A stretch of 64,000 nucleotides of DNA from Gemmatimonadales bacterium (GCA_037189525.1 JBBCJC010000003.1:128001-192000); one strand, 5' to 3'; counted from the first letter of the stretch, positions 18,127 to 28,357 are shown. Translations and numbers: made by a program. Notes: a model not told the origin generated them from the letters alone.

Positions 18127-18690
18127 ATGCGAAAGTGGACGATCGGGTTGGTGCTGCTCATGAGCAGCGGTCTCATCGGCTGCGCCAAACAATCGGCCGA
18201 GAAGGCCATCGCGAAGGCAGAGCAGGATCTCGCCGCGCTCCGGCCCGAAGCGGAGAAGGTGGCGCCGACCGAACTGGCGGGCCTGGCCGATAGCATTGCG
18301 GCCATGAAGACGCGTGCTGCCTCGGGCGATTACGCGGCTGCGGCGATGGGAGCCCGCAACCTCGGGCTCTCGGTTCGGGACCTCCGCGCCAATCTCAACA
18401 CCCGCCGCCAGCAGTTGACTACCGGGTTTACGGCCACCTCGGACGAACTCCCCGGACAATTGGATGCAGTGGTCGCTCGAGTCGCCGAACTCGGGGCGAT
18501 GCGGCGCCTGCCGGAGGGAATCGACCAGGCCCGCTTCAACACGCTGAAAGCCGAGGCGCCGACCTGGAAGGACACCTGGGCGGCCGCCAAACAGGCCTTC
18601 GACAATGGCAACCTCGCCGAAGCCATGGCGTCGGCCACCCGCCTCAAGAACAAGGTGGCAGATGCCCGCCGCCTGTTGTCGATGACCTGA
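18127..18690 (+). CDS. Alpha-helical lipoprotein, unknown function
   Basis: GGAGG RBS, lipobox LIGC and an Ala/Lys-rich helical body. Confidence 0.8.
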   Translation: MRKWTIGLVLLMSSGLIGCAKQSAEKAIAKAEQDLAALRPEAEKVAPTELAGLADSIAAMKTRAASGDYAAAAMGARNLGLSVRDLRANLNTRRQQLTTGFTATSDELPGQLDAVVARVAELGAMRRLPEGIDQARFNTLKAEAPTWKDTWAAAKQAFDNGNLAEAMASATRLKNKVADARRLLSMT

Positions 18691-18824
18691 ACCCCGGACG
18701 GCGGGGACGAGGGGCGAACTACCGTCGCATAACGCGACGGTAGCCCGCTCGGGCCGGAATTGCTAAGTTATTGAAATTGCTGTGTTTGATTCCGTCGGCT
18801 CGCAGCTTGCGTAGGGTCTCGGAC

Positions 18825-19328
18825 ATGCCAAGGGACGTATCAGGTCTGGGCGCCGGTCGGCTGCCCGGTTCGCGTGCTCGTACGGGCGGGAACCGCGGCT
18901 TCACGCTGATCGAACTTCTCACCGTCGTCGTCGTCCTCGGAGCGCTCGCCTCGTTTGCCGTGGCCCGGACGCAGTACACCGTGGACCAGGCCAAGATCGC
19001 GCGCGCCATAGGGGATATCCGTGCATTGGCCATCGACGCCCAGGGGTATCAGGCGTCGTCGACCAACAACTCCCCTCCGGCGTCGCTGGCGGCGATCGAT
19101 CGGGCCGGCATCCTCGATCCCTGGGGACGGCCCTACGTGTACGTACCGCTCACGTCGGGCGGGACGCCCCGCACGGATGTCTTTGGCGTCGAACTCAACA
19201 CGCAGTACGACATCTACAGCGTGGGTAAAGACGGCGCCACCTCCACCTCGATCACGTCGGGGCCTGGCCTCGACGACATCGTTCTCGGCAACGACGGCGG
19301 CTTCATCGGCCGCGCTTCGAGGTATTGA
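18825..19328 (+). CDS. Prepilin-type / GspG-like (pseudo)pilin
   Basis: Class III signal G-FTLIELLTVVVVLGALA, plus DPWGRPYVY and YSVGKDG motifs typical of GspG. Confidence 0.85.
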   Translation: MPRDVSGLGAGRLPGSRARTGGNRGFTLIELLTVVVVLGALASFAVARTQYTVDQAKIARAIGDIRALAIDAQGYQASSTNNSPPASLAAIDRAGILDPWGRPYVYVPLTSGGTPRTDVFGVELNTQYDIYSVGKDGATSTSITSGPGLDDIVLGNDGGFIGRASRY

Positions 19329-19948
19329 TGACCAATCCCCCCGCCGGTGGTTCGCCGTCCGGAGTCGAGGACCCGGGATACGTCACCGGCATTGCCGATG
19401 GCAATCTGGCAACGCCCGTCCGCCTCCGTGACTATCTCACTGGCGTCGGCGTCGTGTTCCGGTTGCCCAAGCGCAACCGGAAGAAGGAGAAGGCCGCGGA
19501 AGCCAAGGCGGAGGCCGATCGCGAGGCTCGCCGCCTCAATCTGCCGATTGGTCTCATCGTCCGCGTCGTGGCCGCTGTCGGCGTCGGCGCCATTGCGCTG
19601 ACGGCGTATCAACGGTTTGTCCGCAGCATTCCTCTGCCCGCCGAAGTGGCCGGCACCTGGTCGACTTCCGATGGCCGGTACGCCGGCCGCAGCTTCTGGC
19701 TCAACCAGACGTCGGTGGCTTTCCAGAACGGCGCCGTGAACACCCAGTTCTCGGTGCATCCGATTTCCCGGATCCAGCGCAACGAAGTCGCCGACACCCT
19801 GTTCTTGACGATCGACTACGAGCAGGAAGGGCAGGCGGTCGTCCTGTCGGTGGCCTATCAGGCTCAGCCGGTGCCCCAGATCCGGCTGGTCAATCAGCCG
19901 GGAGTGCGCTGGTTCCGAAGCGGTAACGCGCCCGCCATCTCTCAATAG
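19328..19948 (+). CDS. Hypothetical single-TM membrane protein
   Basis: TGATG overlap with the pilin gene; one hydrophobic helix followed by a beta-rich domain. Confidence 0.65.
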   Translation: MTNPPAGGSPSGVEDPGYVTGIADGNLATPVRLRDYLTGVGVVFRLPKRNRKKEKAAEAKAEADREARRLNLPIGLIVRVVAAVGVGAIALTAYQRFVRSIPLPAEVAGTWSTSDGRYAGRSFWLNQTSVAFQNGAVNTQFSVHPISRIQRNEVADTLFLTIDYEQEGQAVVLSVAYQAQPVPQIRLVNQPGVRWFRSGNAPAISQ

Positions 19949-20069
19949 CTCGCCCGCGTCTGGTTCGGGACGCGCTTCCCCGGTTGCATCACCTGATCCG
20001 GGGCCACAAGTTGTGGATTGCCCTGCGGCCCAATGGCCGCCCGTGTTCCACGCTTGCCCCGGCTTCCCC

Positions 20070-21071
20070 ATGCCCGTACGGATCCTCACGCAGCAGCAGG
20101 TGACCGAGCTGCTTCCCATGTCCGATTGCGTTCCGCTGATGGAGCAGACGCTGCGCACCCTTACGCGGGGTGGCGCGCTGCTTCCGCTTAGGACCATCCT
20201 CCGCCTTCCCGAAGGCAAAGGCATCTTCGGCTCGATGCCATCGTATCTCGATCCGCCGAATGCCATCGGCCTCAAGGCCATTACCGTCTTCCCGGGGAAT
20301 GAAGGCACCCGGTTCGACTCGCATCAGGGCGTGGTGCTGCTGTTCGAGGCCCAGCACGGGTCGCTCGAGGCGATTCTGGATGCAGCTTCGGTTACCGCGA
20401 TCCGCACGGCCGCCGTATCGGGCGTGGCGACGGGAGCGCTGGCCCGTCCGGACGCCGGCGATCTCGCGATTCTCGGCAGCGGTGTGCAAGCGCGAACCCA
20501 TCTGGATGCCGTCGCCGCCGTTCGCAAGCTTCGCAGGGTCCGGATCTGGAGCCGGAGTGCGGCCAACGCGGCCAAGTGTGTCGCGGCCGTCGCGGGCCGT
20601 TATCCCTTTCCGATCGAGGTTGCGGCGAGCGCGGCGGAGGCGGTTCGGGGGGCCGACATTATCTGCACGGTCACCTCGGCGCGCGAACCCGTGATCGAGC
20701 GGTCCTGGGTGGCCGAGGGCGCGCACATCAATGCGGTCGGCGCCTCGGTAGCTGCGGCGCGGGAAATCGACAGCGATACGGTCGCTTCGGCGCTGGTCTT
20801 TGCTGATAAGCGAGAATCGCTCTTTGCGGAAAGCGGCGACTTCCTGATCCCGCGCGGTGAGGGGCGTTTCGGTGACGACCACCTGAAGGGCGAAGTGGGC
20901 GAAGTGCTCGAGGGCATTGTGCCGGGACGGACCGCCCCCGGTGACATCACGCTCTTCAAATCGCTCGGCCTGGCCATCGAGGACCTTGCCGCGGCGCATT
21001 TCGTCAATCGGCGCGCAGCCGAGCAGGGCGTGGGTGTGGTGCTCGAGATCGGCGGGCTCCGGCATGACTGA
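20070..21071 (+). CDS. Ornithine cyclodeaminase/mu-crystallin family protein
   Basis: TAIRTAAVSG, Rossmann motif ILGSGVQA, GAHINAVG and TLFKSLGLAIEDLAAA. Confidence 0.93.
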   Translation: MPVRILTQQQVTELLPMSDCVPLMEQTLRTLTRGGALLPLRTILRLPEGKGIFGSMPSYLDPPNAIGLKAITVFPGNEGTRFDSHQGVVLLFEAQHGSLEAILDAASVTAIRTAAVSGVATGALARPDAGDLAILGSGVQARTHLDAVAAVRKLRRVRIWSRSAANAAKCVAAVAGRYPFPIEVAASAAEAVRGADIICTVTSAREPVIERSWVAEGAHINAVGASVAAAREIDSDTVASALVFADKRESLFAESGDFLIPRGEGRFGDDHLKGEVGEVLEGIVPGRTAPGDITLFKSLGLAIEDLAAAHFVNRRAAEQGVGVVLEIGGLRHD

Positions 21072-22182
21072 TACCCGGGTTCGGGTCGTCCTCAACCGGT
21101 TCCGTCGTTCCGGTGTCATCGACGCCCCATCGCGCGCGCCGGTCCGGGCGTTTCATCGGACGCTGCCGGGATACGCGGCGACACCGCTGGTCTCACGCCC
21201 CGCGCTCGCTGCCCGGCTCGGCCAGGGCGGTCTCTATGTCAAATATGAAGCGCCGCGTTTCGGGTTGGGCGCCTTCAAGGGACTGGGCGCCTCGTGGGCA
21301 CTGCACCGGCTGCGCGCCGAGCGTAGTGCGCCGCTCGGTACGGTCTCGGCCGCCAGCGCAGGCAATCACGGGCGGGCAGTCGCCTGGGCTGCCCGGCTGG
21401 CGGGGCTTCCCTGTGTCATCTTTCTGCCCAGCGGGGCGACTCCGGCGCAGGTCGACGCCATTCGGGCCGAAGGCGCCCGAGTGGAACTGATCGACGGAAC
21501 CTACGAAGAGACCGTTCGGCACTGCGACGAAGTCAGCCGGCAGCAGGGCTGGCAAGTTATCAGCGACGTCGGCTATCCCGGGTATCTCGAGATTCCACCG
21601 TTTGTCGTCGAAGGTTACAGCACCATCTTTGCCGAAATCGACGAGCAACTGGCGGAAGCCGGGCTGCCCGAGCCCGATGCCGTGCTGATCCCGGCTGGTG
21701 TCGGCGGGATCCTGCATGCCGGTGTCGAGCACTATCGCCGCCGCGCGAAGCCGCCCGTCATCATCGGGGTCGAACCGACGGCCGGTGACTGCTTTTCCGC
21801 TTCGGTCCTGTCGGACGACGGCGCGCCGACGCTGGCATCCGGGGACGGGAAGACGTCGATGTCTTATCTCAACTGTGCCGAGGTATCGCTGTCGTCGTGG
21901 TCGGCGATTCGCGACGGCGTCGATGCCATCATCGCAATCGACGATTCGGTTGCCGAGCAGGGCATGCGCTTGCTGTACCACGCTGCGGAGGGTGAGACGC
22001 CGCTCGAAGCGGGCAGTTCGGGCGCATCGACCACCGGCGCGCTGGCGGGGCTCCTGGCCGAGGGGATCGACCCGACGGTTCGGAAGGGTTTGGGGCTCGG
22101 TCCGGACCGGGTGGTCCTGGTCGTTTGCACGCAGGGCGCGATCGATCAGGCGCACTTTCGGAGGGTCGTCGGCTCCGAATGA
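21064..22182 (+). CDS. Diaminopropionate ammonia-lyase-like PLP enzyme
   Basis: GYAATPL, YVKYEAPRFGLGAFKGLGA, ASAGNHGRAVAW, VISD and AGVGG; overlaps the upstream stop codon. Confidence 0.85.
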   Translation: MTDTRVRVVLNRFRRSGVIDAPSRAPVRAFHRTLPGYAATPLVSRPALAARLGQGGLYVKYEAPRFGLGAFKGLGASWALHRLRAERSAPLGTVSAASAGNHGRAVAWAARLAGLPCVIFLPSGATPAQVDAIRAEGARVELIDGTYEETVRHCDEVSRQQGWQVISDVGYPGYLEIPPFVVEGYSTIFAEIDEQLAEAGLPEPDAVLIPAGVGGILHAGVEHYRRRAKPPVIIGVEPTAGDCFSASVLSDDGAPTLASGDGKTSMSYLNCAEVSLSSWSAIRDGVDAIIAIDDSVAEQGMRLLYHAAEGETPLEAGSSGASTTGALAGLLAEGIDPTVRKGLGLGPDRVVLVVCTQGAIDQAHFRRVVGSE

Positions 22183-22301
22183 GCCGCTACATTCGGGGTG
22201 TCTTCGCGGGTTTTGGCGGGGCCGCTACCTCGCCGAACGGGGATGCGATATAATGGAAAACGACCATAGAATTGCACCCCGGAAACCCGACGGAGTCGAT
22301 C

Positions 22302-22826
22302 ATGCCGGTCCTGCCCCCGATCAACCTGAAGCGTTGGATTGACGAACACCGCGAATTACTGAAACCGCCTGTCGGCAACAAGATGGTATGGCAGGATGCC
22401 GAGTTCCTCGTGATGGTCGTCGGCGGCCCGAACCAGCGCAAAGATTTTCACGTCGAAGACGGCGAAGAATTTTTTTACCAGATCGAAGGCGACATCGTCG
22501 TCCGCACCATTCAGGACGGCGAGGTGCGTGACATTCCGATCCGCGAAGGCGAGATGTTCCTTCTCCCGGCCGGCATCCCGCATTCGCCGCAGCGTCCCGC
22601 CAATACCGTCGGTCTGGTGATCGAACGGAAGCGCGCGGGCGGCGAGCTCGATCACCTCCGCTGGTTCTGTGACAACTGCGGCGAGATGCTCTACGATGCC
22701 AGCTTCGAACTGGTCGATCTCGGTAAACAGCTCAAGCCCGTGATCGAGGACTTCTCGGCCGACGAAGCGAAGCGCACGTGCAAAAAGTGCGGCACGGTGA
22801 TGGCGCCGCCGATCGCCAAGAAATAG
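22302..22826 (+). CDS. nbaC: 3-hydroxyanthranilate 3,4-dioxygenase
   Basis: LLKPPVGNK, GGPNQRKDFH, EEFFYQ, PHSPQR and two CxxC (rubredoxin-like) sites. Confidence 0.96.
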   Translation: MPVLPPINLKRWIDEHRELLKPPVGNKMVWQDAEFLVMVVGGPNQRKDFHVEDGEEFFYQIEGDIVVRTIQDGEVRDIPIREGEMFLLPAGIPHSPQRPANTVGLVIERKRAGGELDHLRWFCDNCGEMLYDASFELVDLGKQLKPVIEDFSADEAKRTCKKCGTVMAPPIAKK

Positions 22827-22838
22827 TCGCGGCGCCGC

Positions 22839-23852
22839 TTGCTCAAGATCGACCTTCACACCCACATCCTTCCCGAGTCCTGGCCGAATCTGCGCGATCG
22901 GTACGGGTACGGTGGGTTTCTGGAGATGCAGCACGTTGCGCCCTGCCGTGCGCAGCTGTTCGTCGACGGGAAGATGTTTCGGGAAATCGATGACAATTGC
23001 TGGGACCCCCGTCGCCGGATCGAGGACTGCGATCGCGACGGGGTCCACGTCCAGGTGTTGTCGACCGTCCCGGTCATGTTCAGCTACTGGGCGGCGCCGG
23101 CGCATGCCGATGACCTGTCCAAGCTGCTCAACGACCACCTGGCCTGGGTGGTGGCCACCAATCCCAAGCGGTTCGTCGGTTTGGGGACGGTGCCGCTGCA
23201 GGATCCGGCGTTGGCCATCCGGGAACTCGAGCGCTGCGTCAAGGATCTGCGATTGGCCGGTGTGCAGATCGGCACCCATGTCAACGCCTGGAACTTCGAC
23301 GCGCCCGAGCTGTTCCCGTTTTTCGAAGCGGCGGCGGACCTGGGCGCGGCAGTCTTCGTGCATCCCTGGGAAATGCTGGCGCCGGAGCGGATGCGCAGGT
23401 ACTGGCTGCCGTGGCTCGTCGGGATGCCGACCGAATCGGCCCTGGCAATCGCGTCGCTCATCTTCGGCGGGGTGCTGGAGCGGTTGCCCAAGCTGCGCAT
23501 CTGTTTTGCCCACGGCGGCGGCAGCTTCGTCGGGATTCTCGGCCGTCTGACCCACGGCTTCGAAGCGCGCCCCGACCTGGTAGCCGTCGACAATCCGTAC
23601 CCGCCGACCAAGTATCTCGATCGTCTCTACGTCGACTCGCTGACGCACGACCCGGAGCTGCTGCGCTGGCTGATTCGTCTGATGGGCGCCAATCGCGTCG
23701 CCCTCGGAACCGATTATCCGTTTCCGCTCGGTGAAATCGTTCCCGGCAAGATGATCGAGTCGATGGAGGATCTCTCGCCGGAAACGCGGGCCTGGCTTTT
23801 CTATAAGACGGCGCTCGAGTTTCTCGACCGGCCGCTGGGTGCCTTTCTATGA
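22839..23852 (+). CDS. nbaD: 2-amino-3-carboxymuconate-6-semialdehyde decarboxylase (ACMSD)
   Basis: IDLHTH, LSTVPVMFSYW, FVHPW, AHGGG and GTDYPFPLGE; follows nbaC. Confidence 0.93.
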   Translation: MLKIDLHTHILPESWPNLRDRYGYGGFLEMQHVAPCRAQLFVDGKMFREIDDNCWDPRRRIEDCDRDGVHVQVLSTVPVMFSYWAAPAHADDLSKLLNDHLAWVVATNPKRFVGLGTVPLQDPALAIRELERCVKDLRLAGVQIGTHVNAWNFDAPELFPFFEAAADLGAAVFVHPWEMLAPERMRRYWLPWLVGMPTESALAIASLIFGGVLERLPKLRICFAHGGGSFVGILGRLTHGFEARPDLVAVDNPYPPTKYLDRLYVDSLTHDPELLRWLIRLMGANRVALGTDYPFPLGEIVPGKMIESMEDLSPETRAWLFYKTALEFLDRPLGAFL

Positions 23853-25129
23853 GCTATACCTTTGAGCCGACCGAAGCCTGGGCCCGGTCGCGCGATGCGG
23901 CCGATCCGCTTGCCGCGTATCGGAACGAGTTTGCGCTTCCGCCCGGGCCGGATGGCCAGTCCCTGATCTACCTCTCTGGCAATTCGCTCGGTCTGATGCC
24001 CAGGCAGGTGCCCGCCCTCATGGCCGAGGAGTTCGAAGCCTGGGCCCGTCTTGGCGTCGAAGGCCATCACGATGCGCCGCGGCCCTGGCTCAGCTATCAC
24101 GAGAACTTCCGCGAGACGGGGGCGCGTCTGGTCGGGGCTCGCTCGGGCGAGGTCGTCTTCATGAACTCGCTGACCGTCAATCTCCACCTCATGATGGTCA
24201 GCTTCTATCGGCCGGAGGGACGGCGCCGGAAGATCCTGATCGAGGCATCGGCATTTCCGTCCGATACCTACGCCGTGGCGACCCATCTGGCCACGCGTGG
24301 AATCGATCCCGCGGATGGTATGATCATCCTGGGGCCCGAAGCGGGCCAGCATCTGATTACGACCGAGGCCATCGAACAGGTCCTCCGCGAACAGGGGGAC
24401 GAGATTGCCCTGGTGCTCTGGCCGGGTGTGCAGTACTACACGGGGCAGCTGTTCGACATCGAACGGATTACCGCCGCCGCCCATCGCGCCGGGGCTGTTG
24501 CCGGATTCGATCTGGCGCACGCGGCGGGCAATGTCCCGCTGACGCTGCATGATTGGAACGTCGACTTCGCGGCCTGGTGCTCGTACAAGTATCTCAATGC
24601 CGGGCCGGGAGCGGTGGGTGCCTGTTTCGTGCACGACCGTCACGGCCAGGACATCGCGCTCCCGCGCTATGCCGGATGGTGGGGCAACGATCCGGCCACG
24701 CGATTCCGGATGCATCTCAACAGCGCCTTCGTGCCCCAGATCGGCGCCGAGGGATGGCAGATCAGTAATCCGCAGATCTTCTCGATGACGCCGCTCGTCG
24801 CCTCGCTCGGCCTGTTCGATAAGGTTGGTACGCACGTGCTCCGGGCCAAGTCGCTCGAGTTGACGGCCTATCTCGAGTATCTGGTCGATCGGATCCCGGG
24901 CGGGCGGATCGAGCAGATCACGCCGCGCGATCCGGCAGCTCGCGGCGCCCAGCTTTCGCTCCTGGTACGCGAAGGCGCCCGGGAGGCGTTCGACGGGGTG
25001 CGGGCGCGCGGCCTGCTTCCCGATTTCCGCCAGCCGGACGTGATCCGAATGGCGCCGGTCCCGTTCTACAACAGCTTCCACGACGTCTGGCGGACGGGTA
25101 CGGCATTGGGTGAGGTGCTTCGTGCCTGA
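23849..25129 (+). CDS. kynU: Kynureninase
   Basis: YLSGNSLGL, MNSLTVNLHL, FPSD.Y, FDLAHAAGN and WCSYKYLNAGPG. Confidence 0.96.
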   Translation: MSYTFEPTEAWARSRDAADPLAAYRNEFALPPGPDGQSLIYLSGNSLGLMPRQVPALMAEEFEAWARLGVEGHHDAPRPWLSYHENFRETGARLVGARSGEVVFMNSLTVNLHLMMVSFYRPEGRRRKILIEASAFPSDTYAVATHLATRGIDPADGMIILGPEAGQHLITTEAIEQVLREQGDEIALVLWPGVQYYTGQLFDIERITAAAHRAGAVAGFDLAHAAGNVPLTLHDWNVDFAAWCSYKYLNAGPGAVGACFVHDRHGQDIALPRYAGWWGNDPATRFRMHLNSAFVPQIGAEGWQISNPQIFSMTPLVASLGLFDKVGTHVLRAKSLELTAYLEYLVDRIPGGRIEQITPRDPAARGAQLSLLVREGAREAFDGVRARGLLPDFRQPDVIRMAPVPFYNSFHDVWRTGTALGEVLRA

Positions 25130-26456
25130 GGCTTCGCGCCCTCCCTTTGTCATTGTCGGCGCCGGCCTGGTCGGCGCGATGCTGGCGGCGCTGCTGGGTC
25201 GGGCCGGTTTCCGGGTGCGTGTGCTCGAACGCCGGGGCGATCCGCGAGTCGATCGGATGGAGGGTGGGCGAAGTATCAATCTCGCGATCTCGGCTCGCGG
25301 GCTCGACGCGCTCGCTCGCCTCGAGCTCGACGACGATATCCTGGCGCTCGGGGTGCCGCTCTATCGGCGGGCCATCCATTCTCCGGCCGGCGATGTCAGC
25401 TACCAGCCGTACGGGGTGGGGTCGCAGGCGATCAACTCCTTTTCCCGGGGCGAACTCAATCGCGGGCTGATCCAGGCCGCCGGCGAGGCGCCCAACGTGG
25501 AGTTGCTATTCGAGCGGCGGGTCGTCGATGTCGACATCGTGACCGGGACCGTCTCCCATGTCGATGCCGCGACCGGCGAAGATCTGCGTACCGAGCAGGG
25601 TATCGTGGTGGGGGCGGACGGGGCATTCTCCGTCGTCCGCGCGGTGCTCCAGAAGCGCGAGCATCAGGACTATTCCCAGGACTTCCTCGAGCAGGGCTAC
25701 AAAGAGCTGCATATCCCGCCGCGTCCCGATGGCTCGGCAGCGTTCGAGCGAAATGCGATGCACATCTGGCCGCGCGGGCCATTCATGATGATGGCGATGG
25801 CCAATCTGGATGCCTCGTTTACGGTGACGCTGTATCTCCCGATGACGGGGCCTAACGGTTTCGATCGTCTGAAGACACCGGAGGATGTCGAGGTCTTTTT
25901 CCGCCGTGAGTTTCCCGATGCCTTGCCCATCATGCCGACCTTGATGGAGGACTTCTTTGCCAATCGGACCGGTTCGATGGTCACGGTCCGGACATACCCG
26001 TGGCATCTTGGCGACAAGGTGGTCCTGATCGGAGACGCCGCGCACGCGATCGTGCCGTTCTACGGCCAGGGCGCCAATGCGGGGTTCGAAGACTGCCTCG
26101 AGTTCGTTGAACAGGTCAAACGGACGCCGGACGACCTGGCGGGGGCCTTTGCCCGGTATGCCGAGCGGCGGAAGCCCAACGCCGAGGCGATTGCGGACCT
26201 GGCGCTGGCCAACTTCACCGAGATGCGCGACCATGTCGCGTCGCCCCTCTTCCGGCTCAAGAAGCGGTTCGAGACGCTGCTCTACGCCTGGTTTCCCAAG
26301 TGGTTCGTCCCGCTCTATCCGATGATTGCTTTTTCCCTGGTACCCTATGCGGAGGCGCGGGCACGAGCGGAGCGCCAGGCGCGGACCATGCGCCGCCTGG
26401 GCCTCGGCCTGGCCGGTCTGGTCGTGGTCGCCGTTCTCTGGCTCTCGATCCGATGA
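25122..26456 (+). CDS. kmo: Kynurenine 3-monooxygenase
   Basis: GAGLVG, GRSINLAISARG, QGYKEL, HIWPRG and GDAAHAIVPFYGQG; C-terminal TM helix. Confidence 0.93.
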   Translation: MPEASRPPFVIVGAGLVGAMLAALLGRAGFRVRVLERRGDPRVDRMEGGRSINLAISARGLDALARLELDDDILALGVPLYRRAIHSPAGDVSYQPYGVGSQAINSFSRGELNRGLIQAAGEAPNVELLFERRVVDVDIVTGTVSHVDAATGEDLRTEQGIVVGADGAFSVVRAVLQKREHQDYSQDFLEQGYKELHIPPRPDGSAAFERNAMHIWPRGPFMMMAMANLDASFTVTLYLPMTGPNGFDRLKTPEDVEVFFRREFPDALPIMPTLMEDFFANRTGSMVTVRTYPWHLGDKVVLIGDAAHAIVPFYGQGANAGFEDCLEFVEQVKRTPDDLAGAFARYAERRKPNAEAIADLALANFTEMRDHVASPLFRLKKRFETLLYAWFPKWFVPLYPMIAFSLVPYAEARARAERQARTMRRLGLGLAGLVVVAVLWLSIR

Positions 26457-26496
26457 GAACCTCGTCATTCCCTTCGTTCCCTTGCGGGTGGTGTCT

Positions 26497-27279
26497 ATGC
26501 CGCTGACCTATGCTTCGTATCTCAAGCTCGACGAACTCCTCTCCCTGCAGGAGCCCAAGTCGAGCCCGGCCGAACACGACGAACTGCTCTTCATCGTCAT
26601 CCATCAGACGTACGAATTGTGGTTCAAGCAGATGCTGCACGAGGCGGACAAGGTCGTCCGTGATTTCGGCGCCAATGACCTCTTCGGCGCGATTGCGACG
26701 TTCAAGCGGATGCGGATGATCCTCAAGACGCTGGTCGGACAGATCGATATCCTGGAGACGATGACGCCGCTCTCGTTCTCGTCGTTTCGGAGCCGGCTCG
26801 ATACCGCGTCCGGGTTCCAGTCCTATCAGTTCCGCGAGTTCGAATTCTTCTTCGGTTATAAGCGCCCCGGCGTGACCCATCCGATCCCGAGTTCGGAAGC
26901 GGGGCGCGCCAAGGCGGAGGCGCGTCTGGATCAGCCGAGCGTGGTCGATGCCTTCATCCGGTTTCTCGCCACGCGCGGCGCAGAGCTGCCCGAGGCGTCG
27001 TTCAACCGCGACATCCGGAGCGCCACGCAGCCGGACGAGGCGGTTCAGGAGGCGATCCTCCGGATGTACACCGAGCAGCCGGAGCTGGTCATTCTGTTCG
27101 AGCTGATGACGGATTTCGACGAAGGCGTGCAGGAATGGCGCTATCGTCACGTCAAGCTGGTCGAGCGGACCATCGGGGCGAAGTCGGGGACGGGCGGGTC
27201 GGCCGGTATGGAGTTCCTCAAACAGTCACTCTTCAAGCCGATCTTCCCGGATCTGTGGGCCGTCCGGCACCGGATGTGA
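26497..27279 (+). CDS. kynA: Tryptophan 2,3-dioxygenase
   Basis: YASYLKLDELL, HDELLFIVIHQTYELWFK, ASGFQS, WRYRH..VERTIG.K.GTGGS and FPDLW.VR. Confidence 0.96.
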   Translation: MPLTYASYLKLDELLSLQEPKSSPAEHDELLFIVIHQTYELWFKQMLHEADKVVRDFGANDLFGAIATFKRMRMILKTLVGQIDILETMTPLSFSSFRSRLDTASGFQSYQFREFEFFFGYKRPGVTHPIPSSEAGRAKAEARLDQPSVVDAFIRFLATRGAELPEASFNRDIRSATQPDEAVQEAILRMYTEQPELVILFELMTDFDEGVQEWRYRHVKLVERTIGAKSGTGGSAGMEFLKQSLFKPIFPDLWAVRHRM

Positions 27280-27281
27280 CC

Positions 27282-27902
27282 ATGCTGTACGATATCACAC
27301 CCGTCGTATCTCCGCGGCTGGCGGTCTGGCCGGGCGATACCGTGCCCGAGCGGACCGTGCTCGCCGATCTCGCCGCCGGCGATTCGGTGACGCTCTCGAC
27401 GCTGCGCACCACCGTGCACGCCGGCGCCCACACCGATGCGCCCAGCCATTACGGCCTGTCGGGTCGTGACATCGCGTCACAGCCGCTCGACTACTATCTG
27501 GGCCGGTGCCAGGTCGTTCGGGCTCGGGCGGAGCCGGGGGTGCGGGTGTCGTTTGCGCAGCTGGAGGAACCGATCACCGAGGCCCGTGTCCTGATTGCGA
27601 CCGGAACCTATCCGGACCCGACGCGCTGGGTGACCGACTTTGCCGGGCTGGAACCGGAACTGGTCGATCGCCTGGCGTCGGAGGGCGTCCGGCTGCTCGG
27701 GGTGGACACGCCGAGTGTCGATAGCTTCGACTCGAAGACGCTGCCGGCCCACAATCGGTTCCTGGCCTACGATATGGCCATTCTCGAAGGGATCGTACTC
27801 GATCAGGTTCCGTCGGGGCGCTACGAACTGATCGCGCTGCCGCTCAAGCTCGAGGGTTTCGACGCGAGTCCGGTGCGCGCGGTGCTGCGGACGCTCGACT
27901 GA
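27282..27902 (+). CDS. kynB: Kynurenine formamidase (cyclase family)
   Basis: VWPGD, HAGAHTDAPSH, GVDTPSVD, ILEG and ALPLKL..DASPVRAVL. Confidence 0.92.
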   Translation: MLYDITPVVSPRLAVWPGDTVPERTVLADLAAGDSVTLSTLRTTVHAGAHTDAPSHYGLSGRDIASQPLDYYLGRCQVVRARAEPGVRVSFAQLEEPITEARVLIATGTYPDPTRWVTDFAGLEPELVDRLASEGVRLLGVDTPSVDSFDSKTLPAHNRFLAYDMAILEGIVLDQVPSGRYELIALPLKLEGFDASPVRAVLRTLD

Positions 27903-27905
27903 TCG

Positions 27906-28325
27906 TCAGTCGACCGTTGCAATCACCTTGAGCTCGACGTGGATCGGGGTCGGCAGGGCGCCGACCTCGACGGTCGTGCGGGTCGGTTGATTGGATGTGA
28001 AGTACTCGCCGTAGACCCGGTTGAACGCCGCGAAGTCTCCCGCCATATCCGTCAGAAACACCGTCACGTCGACGATCTTGTCCCAGCTCGATCCGGCATC
28101 TTCCAGGATGGTGCGGATGTTGGCGAAGCACTGCCGGGCCTGTTGCTCGATGTCGTGCTCGACCACGCGGCCGGCCTCGACGACGTTGCCGGGTACCTCG
28201 TTCGAGCCGGGGACGCGCGGGCCGGTGCCCGACACGAAGAGCAGGGAACCCACTCGGCGCGCATGCGGATACGGACCAACCGGTACGGGAGCCCGGGCAC
28301 TGGAAACGGATTGAGACGAGGTCAT
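27906..28325 (-). CDS. RidA/YjgF family protein, probable 2-aminomuconate deaminase
   Basis: PVGPYPHARRVG.LLFVSG, DVTVFL and PTRTTVEVGALPTPIHVELK; assigned from pathway context. Confidence 0.85.
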   Translation of the reverse strand: MTSSQSVSSARAPVPVGPYPHARRVGSLLFVSGTGPRVPGSNEVPGNVVEAGRVVEHDIEQQARQCFANIRTILEDAGSSWDKIVDVTVFLTDMAGDFAAFNRVYGEYFTSNQPTRTTVEVGALPTPIHVELKVIATVD

Positions 28326-28357
28326 GGCAGTCTGTCGGCCTCTGATCGGTGTCGGTC

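Noticed and set aside
17705..18127. Integrative element or prophage at tRNA-Ala
   Set aside because: There is no integrase, no phage genes, and I noticed no duplicated tRNA 3' end in the window.
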